Below, one piece after another: positions 48,136-57,600 of a stretch of 64,000 bases of DNA. The position numbers were made by a program, and so were the translations under genes. The stretch lies in the NCBI GenBank assembly GCA_963924565.1, contig OZ004610.1, positions 11,160,001 to 11,224,000 on the forward strand, written 5' to 3'. The number at the start of each line of letters is the position of its first letter. The stretch's first letter is position 1. Origin of the DNA: Ascidiella aspersa (lineage: Eukaryota). The notes under the pieces were generated by a model. That model had not been told where the DNA came from and ran no database searches. It saw only the letters and a program-made list of their open reading frames with translations.

Positions 48136-49755
48136 TCTAAGACAAATCCAATGACATTTATTTGAGATTTTGGACATTTTTGAGTAGTGCACTTTTCATA
48201 TTGCTGAAACTCTTTATTTCACATGTTGTCCCAACATGTGGCTACATTTTAACACAGTTTTAGTTTCATCTTTAATCAAAATCTTGATTTTACTGTTTTT
48301 TATGTTCTTGAACGTGCAAAGTGCCATTGGGCAATTGTACATATGTTCTTCAATAATTGTTTACTACTTTCCAGTGTTTTTGTTGACTCTGTGTAGTGTC
48401 ACTGGTAGACCACGTATAACCGTCACAAAGCCGCAGAATCGTAGCTTTAGTTTGGAGCAGCTCAAGTATTTTGACTCAAATTAGAGACAGGCTTGTCATG
48501 AAAAAATATTTTCTGATTTTGTTCTGCCTTGGCTCACTTGTTATTATTTTCAAACTTAATTTCCCTTTTAAAAATGTACACTACCATTAGAAAGACGACG
48601 TTTTCATTTTTCTGCCGTCCATTCCGCTGTAATATATTTTCTTTATGTTTGTAGTTGAGTGTGTTGTAGTTTTACCTTGTGTTTTTTTATCAGTTGACAT
48701 AAGTTACTTACAAAGTATTTTGGATATCATTTTTGTGCAAACAACAAAAAACAGTCTTTCATGCTCAATGTATTTATTGGGTAAGCGACAAAACGTACAG
48801 TAAGAATTAATACATACAATATTTGGATACTCCTTGCATGTCTTTTGTATTGTTCTTACCTAAACAGTAAATAATAAATCCGCTAGAGGGCCTTAACGAG
48901 CTGTTTTATGTAAAACAACTCGAAACAATCTGACCTAAATTGTTACTAATGAGTATAGCATAAATTTTAGTTAACTTAATTTTTCTGTGCCATTGTGACC
49001 GATTGGTGAAAGCATAACATAGTTTTCCGCGTTAAACGAGTATTTTGTTATTGGATTCCTGAAGCTTTGGTCGTATCGTTGCTGACTGCGTCGCATATAT
49101 GCTCTTTATCCCGAGTTGTATTATCGCCACTTAGATTTATGGCGTGGTGCACATTCTCAATGCGAGAAATTAAACTGTGCACAGCAAGGAAGGCATCGCT
49201 CTTTACTATATCGCCTTGCCAGGATTGCGCAAACATCATACATCATCACTCCTTGTTGCCCTTGGCGAAACGTTTTGCAAACGATCAAGCGTTTAAAGTG
49301 GCCCGATCAAAAATGTCAAAGTAAACTCTGCCCGTCACGAGCAGAATTTCCTGAATTGCGACAAGGATTTGTGTTCGGCGAGTTCCTGCGGCCTTCTAAT
49401 AGAATTTAGTTGCACGATTTCCTGTAAGTAGCCCGTAGACAGGAGCAGCGGGTGCTGCGAAGTCGTCGCTTCCAGGAATACAACTCCACGTCGCACGCCC
49501 TTACATTAATTAGCCCTGTGTGACATCACGCAATACTTACTTAGGTTTTAACGCGGCGCAATGACGTAGAACGTGTCGCGTTATAACATTTTGGTAGGTT
49601 TCAGCTAATCGATGTATATTAAAGTAAATTAATACAAGAAAATTTGACGTATTAGAGGTTAAGTTCGTTTTTTCCGATTTGTTTTAGAATAAAGGGAAAC
49701 TGCTGTCGTTAAATGTCGAAATGTTTTAGGTAAGAGTCCATGGTCGACATTAGAC

Positions 49756-50053
49756 CAGTGGTTCTGAACCGTTTTCAACTTGCCCTTTATGCTTTCTTGA
49801 AATAATGGCGGACCCCATTAATGTTTAAAACAGCGAAAGTGCGTAGAATAATTACTCTAATATTCAAATTTGGTACTACTTAGGCTACTGTTCACAAGCT
49901 TTGAAAAGATTTAATCAAAAAAATTGATAAGGAAAAATATTATCGCGAACAATATAATTTATAATCTATATAATATAGGGGATGTTGCTGGGACCCTTAC
50001 AAAGCTTTTCACGAAGCCTTAGAGTACTGCGGACCCAAGTTTGAAAACCACTG
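49756..50053. mobile_element. hAT-like MITE (degenerate)
   Basis: TIR cagtggttctgaacc / gtttgaaaaccactg; gcggaccc subterminal motifs; weak TSD. Confidence 0.65.
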
Positions 50054-50602
50054 TGTTCGACTTTATAGAAATATATTTTGATTGTGGTATATATGGTTTA
50101 AAAATGCCGGTGAACTGTGTGTTTGATTAAATATTTGACAAAAAATCTGAAATCAAATGCGCGGCACCCTCATTTGTTTTGCTCTGGAAATCAAGAAGTC
50201 GTTGGATTTTAACAACTTAAGTTACCCAATTAGCCCCTTCTCTTTCGGTGTTAAAACTGTTTTAACGGTTTCTAACACAGGCTCTCGTATTAATAATTAA
50301 TGAGCGCCGTCATACTTTCGGATGCTCAAAAACCTCGTCCGTAAGCGAGGTCATACTTAGACCACTATTTGTCATGCTGTTACGAGTATAGGCAAGGCGC
50401 AAAGCTGGCTGCGAAAACTTGAAGAAACTTTTTCGTAAACAAACCATCGATCATAAATTTTATTTAGAGGCCATTTGAAAAACTACAGAAAGAGCGCACG
50501 ACAACGCTTAGCACAGTATTGCAAGAATCCATGGGAAACATCACGCTCGGTGCTTTAGTTAGGTGCACAACTCAACCGTGAAAAGGTACTCTTAGGAGAA
50601 AA

Positions 50603-50712
50603 AAACGTCGCATTGTAGTAAGACTGTTTGGCGACAGGGTGATCAAATAGAACGCTTACTGAAAACAAATCCATTGTTGTCAAGTGCGTTTCGTTGACTC
50701 AGCAGTTACCCG
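50603..50712 (+). repeat. ~110-bp dispersed direct repeat, copy 1 (copy 2 at 54306-54420)
   Basis: gtcgcattgtagtaagactgttt.gcgacaggg..atcaaatag..cgcttactgaaaacaaatccattgttgtcaagtgcgtttcgttg..actca.cagttacccg occurs upstream of the receptor gene and again in its intron 2. Confidence 0.9.
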
Positions 50713-51631
50713 GTATTCGTCAAAAATGAAAAAGTGTACCTTGAATTGTTTTAAACTGTTTTTCTTTCATGTTTTATTTATATAGATACGAAAATACCAG
50801 TTAAAGCAAGCAACGCAAAGCACCAGATAACAACGCATTTGTGATACGTAGCAAAGGCTGATTGTCGTATGGCGACGCCTCCCTGTTAAATTGGCTGGCT
50901 TAATGAGCAACAACGGTAGGGCTCTATAAGCAATGGCAACCTCAGAATGCAATTGCGTGCGATTCGGTGTCGATTTATCGGGAAAAACAGAGGCAGAGCA
51001 TTAGCATTTGAGCGGAAGTGAGTTGCAGTTTCTATTTACTGATGCCTTGCGCAGTTGTAGACTCCGAAATCCCGCTAAACGCGTAGCAGCCTTATTATTT
51101 TCAGAAAAGTGCTCTAACCTGACAGACGCGTGTTACGCTTTACTGCAGTCCAAGTCTTAAGGTCAGTAATAAGAACTAGTGACCTCAGAAGTCTTGACTT
51201 GTTAAATTATTTAAATCAGTTGTTCTTACGAAAGGAGTTAAACCTTTGCGGTAAACCCCACCTAAATAATATATACTTAAGTGAATGACAACTACAGCAT
51301 ATAGACCTGTAATTTTTATTTATTAAAACTATGATTTAAACCCCTTACTCTGCAGTCCCACTATTACTATGGCCATTTGAAATTCAAACTTTCGGTTTAA
51401 CATATTATAAAGAAAAGTAAAAATAAAATATTGACAACAAGTTATTGGGATTAAACGAGAGAGAAAAAGTCAACATTTTCCCAAGTAGCGTTATCTTTTA
51501 TTTTGTATGTGGTGATCGGTTCGTGTACTGTGGAGTCAATCGGATTTGAAAAATCAACTCGGTCACAACACCATTTTGTTAAACTTGTATGTTGATCCAG
51601 AGCTTTTAACCAGGGCCAATATTGATTTCAG

Positions 51632-54600
51632 ATGCTAGGGCTAACTTCAGCTTACACGTGCTTCGCCTGTGCGCTTGTACTTTTATCGACCTTCCCCGGC
51701 GCACAAAGCACACCTCTCGACGTCGACGACCAAGGTGGGTGTTTTTTCGGCATTTTCAGAGGAGCGATCTGCGGTTTCGCTATCGTTCCGATCAAAACTG
51801 GGTCCGTTGTTGCTGACACGAATGGGTGATTCATAATTTGGGGCACGTCGCACGCGCGTTCAAGCGCAACCGACGTGGCGTGGGTGGGTAAAATTTAAAG
51901 CCGACCAATGAATCGGAATCATTTTTGACAAAAAATTATTATTCCGTGATTGAATCCTCAAATCAGCTCCGGCTAGTTTAATGTTCCTTACTCAATACGT
52001 AAAAGAAAACCTTAAAAAGTAACTTCACAGTGTAACGCTGTTTTTAATAGTATTGTCACTTATATCTGAATACTTACGTTTCTTAGTTTAATCAATATAT
52101 TAATTCTGCAACATTCTTGTTACACGTAAATTTGCTGATTTGCCAATTTTTGTCAGTCTATAAAATCAAACGCATTCGAGAAGCATTTCTTTTCCCCCGA
52201 AAACATTATGTATGGTGGCATACTAGACAAACCTGAATGTAAAATATTTGGATTTTGATTGAAAACGCGGCGACATGGATGTGACAGCGAGAGAAAACGT
52301 GACTTTTTTGTTTGTCTCGTCTTTTAGTCTATTAACGTTTTGCAACCACAACAAAAGGTAATGTTTTGTGATTAATCACGAGGTGGTACAACAATGTAAT
52401 TGGAGGATTTAAGCTTGATCAAACGTATCTTGTATATTTTTTAATCACAGCATTCGACTCGTGTATAAATTACATTTTATAACCTTTAATTTTTTTACTC
52501 GCTGATAATGTGGCGACATTTAACTAACCGGCTATTCAATACTTTGCGGATCATTTGCTCCCTAAACGATTTTACCCTTTGTTATTTTAACGTTTTATCT
52601 ATAAAATTTGTTTCACGGCATTCCACTATAGAACAGGGGTTCTTAAACTTTTTTACCGCGGACCCCTTAAATTTTCTTTGATCTCGCGTGGACCACTGCA
52701 GGCAAAAAAATTAACAAATGGCGTCATAAATTGACGTCATAGTATGAATAGACTTCATAAATTTGCTGATTTTGGTCCAAAAATATTAAAGTGAAATGAA
52801 GTATAAAAACATTCAGTTCAAAACCGTTTTATTTTTGATTGAATTATTTTCTTTAATAATCTGATTACTTATTCAATATACACTAATATTTTAATTATAC
52901 TTTCATGGACCCCCTAAAACTAGTTCACGGACCCCAAGGGTCCATAGACCCCAGTTTAAGAACTCCTGCTATAGAAGGTGTTGCCAACTTATGTTTGATT
53001 GCGATCCACTTACATATTTTTTAAAGACTCTCGATCGACTGGTTCGGTAAAAAAGTCACAAGAACACCTATTAAACATTTTGAGCGTTAATTGCATTTAA
53101 AATTTCCAAGCCAGTGATGGAGGTTAATTTGTTAGGTGAAATAACGCTTTGTTAGGCTTGTCCAAACAACAATTGGTCATTTTAATGTTCCGCTTGGGTG
53201 CGACAGCTACTTTATTGACGTAAAACATACCAACGCGTTCGAACGGGTGAAATGTGGCGATCGACCGGTCGATCGCCATCGACGTGTTGGCTACCCCTGC
53301 ACTATGATATTAATTTTCGTTGAGTTGCCCCTAAACTTTGCCACGAAACATTATATCAGACCCTTTTTTTCGAAGTTAAGTTTATATAACTTGTCAGAAC
53401 ATTATCGCTCGATGAAGCAGATTTTTTTTTAATAAAGGGTCAGTGGCGAATATTTTAAGGGCTATGATTTTTAATCTAAACAAAATATGGTATTCACCTG
53501 AATTGTATTAATTCTTAGGTATTTAGTCTTGTTTATACAATCAACTTTTGTTACTTTTGCGTAACTCCTATAATTTTGTTTCGTCGACAGCACATAAAAC
53601 CAGCAACGGAGCGTGCGTGACAAATTTCCGGGTGGCCAATGCGCGTTTGACCTTGTCGTGGGATCCACCGAAAGAATCTTCTTCAGAAACTGTGGACGGC
53701 TCGAAATTGCCTGCAAGCTACACCGTGCTTTACAAACTCGATTCGCCGCAGTAAGAAATTACGAATATTTTATATTGATTTTGATAAACATATTCGTTGT
53801 TTCCCTTAAACACAACATTATACAAGGAAAATTCACCAAGGTAATTCGAAAATTTTATGCCATTATTTCCGTTTAATTATTGGTTATTTGAAATTTAGCC
53901 TTTCAAGAAAAGCGTTAAACCTCTTGGTACGCGCAGTGTAAGAAAGGCGAAATAAGGAAACGCTGCGATACCAGGGTATATTAAGGTTTCTGGCATGATT
54001 TCTCACACGTTTATGACACCTTCTTTATACAAATAATTATTCGGAAATCACGCGGTTTCATAATATTTACCTGCGTGAGGCAGGGAAGATCAGCCATTTA
54101 AAACCGCCACGAATAGTTGTGCTTGCGAAAAGGGCTCATAAACAAACTTAACCAGCCTATGAACATATGTGTAACCAAAAGGTACAAGAAAACAATTAAA
54201 AACATACTGCACATCACGGTTACTGAATTATATATTATTTATGCTTCTTATCAGGAAAACAGTTTGTTTTCTGGTCGGAATACTCGCCTTTTCGTATAAG
54301 TCGATAAAAAATGTCGCATTGTAGTAAGACTGTTTCGCGACAGGGTTATCAAATAGAGCGCTTACTGAAAACAAATCCATTGTTGTCAAGTGCGTTTCGT
54401 TGTAACTCAACAGTTACCCGTATTGTTTCTGGTCGGCATACTCGCCTTTTTGTAAAATTCGTCCTTAACATATAGTTTAACATTTTTTAAAGTTATATAA
54501 ATCGCTGTTGCACCGTATTGCCCTTTTAAGTTCCTGGCTGAAGAGGGAAGCCGGACGCACAGTTAAAGTAATTAGGGAAGTGGATGTTTTTTATTTTACG

Positions 54601-57600
54601 ATCAACCCGCCACATCATTGCTACTAAACTGTTAGTTGTTTGCGTTTAAATAACACGCGTTGCTGCATCCTCGGGTAGATGTAAAGGCACAGAATTTTTC
54701 TATCTAAACTGTAGATTGTGCTTGGCTTTAACTTTAACGAAAAAACATGTAGCGTTCCTTAACTTTTGTTTCGTTTGAGATCAATATGTGTGGTCCAACA
54801 TTCGGTGATATATGTTACCATAAGAAGTTAAAAACTTCAAGTTAAAAATCACGAAAAAAGGTTTTACACCTTTGTTTTAAGGTTATATCCATCGCCTAAG
54901 TAGGTCCTGTAAAAGTAAACTTTTAGGGTGCGATTTTCAATTAACAAAGGCCTTGACCAAATAGGTTACGTCAAAGTTTCTTGTTGTTTCAATTTTACCA
55001 GGGCGATGAACCCATTTCGTATCTAATCTCACTGGCGGCAACAAATGATTACAGAAAACATTATTCCCTGACAAGTTACAATCCAACATCTTGTTCTAAA
55101 AAAAACGCAGCAATTGAAAACAAACTAAAAACTAAACTACCTTTGGTGTAAAAATGTCATTATTATTTATATCGCTTGATGCGTCGCAAGTCCACTAAAC
55201 TCTTCCAATAGCGTCTCCCGAAAAACCATGTGATCGGCAGCAGGGATTCGCTTAAAATCAGTTTTTTTTTGCAGAGCAGCGGCAGATGAATGGTACCCGG
55301 TGGAAGGCTGCGAGCGATCCACCTCCACAACATGCAACTTCCAAGCGTGGAAGATTGGACTGTGGCACACCTTCTTTCTCACAGTACAAACAACCTACGG
55401 CGGCGAAATTCTGCAATGCCCCGAGGTCCAACTACGCGTCCGTCCCATGGAGTACCGTGAGTTGCATACACACTTCTATCCCTATATGGTTGTGCTTTGA
55501 GAGATGTTTGCGACTTTACAGCTGTTTCGCTCCAGGTTTTCCTCGCTGGTCGCGGCCAGTGCAAAAGTGTATGCGATAATTCCAAGCTTGTGTGAGAAAG
55601 GACTCGTTTTTACATAGACCATGGTAGTAGATTTTTAAAGATTTTAGATTAAGATTTCAAATTAATTTGGGAACCATGGTATAAATGTGCGAAAATTTGG
55701 AATAAGAAATACATTGTTAGTTTCAAGTTAAGTGGTATAGTAAGCTGGTCATTTGTCGGTTGACGGTATTTTTCGTGTCCAATATTCTAAATAAAATTCC
55801 AGCAGACAGTAAAAAATGCCACCCAATTCCTTATTTGTATTGTGTCATATGTCTCAAGCTTCAAGTCGAAGCTTTATGGTATAAGAAAGAATAGCTAAGT
55901 AGTGTGTACCAGAGTCACGCAAAACAAACTGAAAAGTTTTTCGCCAGACTGTACGAGTTTCGCCTTCACCCTGTGCTCCCACCCTTAACAAACGACCGTG
56001 TGTTTACCCAGCCTGACCTCGTGTAGCATGTACGCTCGTCTGGCGGGGCCGGATACGCCGTAACAATTGCTGACAAGGTGTTATTCGTGCGCCTTTCTAC
56101 AGGGCTGCTTCCTACGCCGCAGTTCAACGTAACGTCGACGGCCAACAAGCTGTTCATCTACCCGCGGGCGGCCGACGAGACGGGCAATGGCAAATCCTAC
56201 ACGCGCACGCTCAAACAAATGTTGGAATTGAATTACCAGGTATTTCGCGCCGCGCACCACTATCGTGTTTTACAAGCGCCGCGTATCCGGCGCGCAGTCA
56301 GGATTTCGCTTTTCCAACCCGTCGCAACAGTCGTCATCGCAGGCTTTTTGCAGGCGTTAGGCGCTGCACATATGTACAGCTGCCAGACCGAGACGGCGCT
56401 GATTGCTCGCGGGTCCCGTTGCCGGCCTCCATTTGACTGGCGCTGGCGCGGCACATATGTCACGGTTTGTGTTACAGACAGGTGGTTCCTGACTGGCAGC
56501 GGTATCGCGACTAAAGCAGGATCTTTTGGCGCTCCGACCGCTGTCAGGCTTCCACGAAGGGCGGCGGATCAGCGGAGTCGACCCGAAAAGTTGCGCAACT
56601 CCGTACTTTGGGGTTCTTTCCTGCCTTCCTGACTCCCCACCCCCATGCTCGAACATGTCGGCTCGAGTTTTCTGTTGTCCGACGGCGTCGCCACAAACGC
56701 GCTCTGTCGAAGCCCACGATGCCACGTTTTGGATAAAAGCGATGAATTAATACAACACGCGTTTAGTTAGGTGATTTACCGTCGCGCGAGGTGACAATGC
56801 CATGACATTTTTTTCGGGTTACGCGTCCATGATTAATCAATAAAATGCGAGTTGTGTAAAACGGTGAATCGCACATTCAGTGACAGCATGGCATTTCTGA
56901 TTGTGTGTCGCTGCCGAAAATTGAACCATATTTACGGAAACACCACACAATGGCAAGCGCTCGGCGTCATTTCGCTATATGATTATATTTGTCTGTGTGT
57001 TTTTATCAAAAACTAAGATTATGCCTAAAAGAAAAAAACAATCTAAAAAACGCAGGCTATGTGTCGTTTTGTTGAAAATGACATGTTTCTACACCTTATG
57101 CAAAATTTGAAAGTGCTATACTTATTGTAATGTTTTTTATAATTTACTAACAGATTGATCCCCTGTCATACCTTATTTAGAAATAAACAGGATAAATAAA
57201 GCAAGGCATTTTTAAATGTACCAAATTTAAAGTCCAAAATTTGCACGTAAGCTAATCTTAATAATAAAAAAACAGCTCCTCTGGTAATTTTACCAACGTT
57301 TCGGCAACCTATGAAAGTCGCCTTCGTCAGGGTGTGAATGATACCGAACGCTCGTACAATGTATGGAATTTTTTAATTCAACAAAGTCTCATTACTGCTA
57401 CCAGGTTCAGTTTAACGCCACCGTTGAGAAACAGCACATCGAGAGCAAGGTGTTCGAGATACCGGCGGAGCGGTGCGGCGTCGTGGCAGCTGCAGAATCA
57501 ACCTGCTGTGTGCGACTGCGCATCGTCGAACCTAACTGGCAGGAGGTCACCTCCGATCCGTTTAGCGAGAGCAACTGGACAGCTTGGCAGTGCATTACCA

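Noticed and set aside
49340-51240. GAS-like STAT sites upstream of the receptor (TTCCAGGAA 49470, TTCCTGTAA 49419, TTCTTACGAA 51223) as a feedback loop
   Set aside because: Their density does not clearly exceed chance for AT-rich DNA; conservation data would be needed.
56078-56632. 184-aa ORF as an independent gene
   Set aside because: Only 56103-56239 is exon 4 of the receptor; the rest is GC-rich intron read-through with no recognisable motif.
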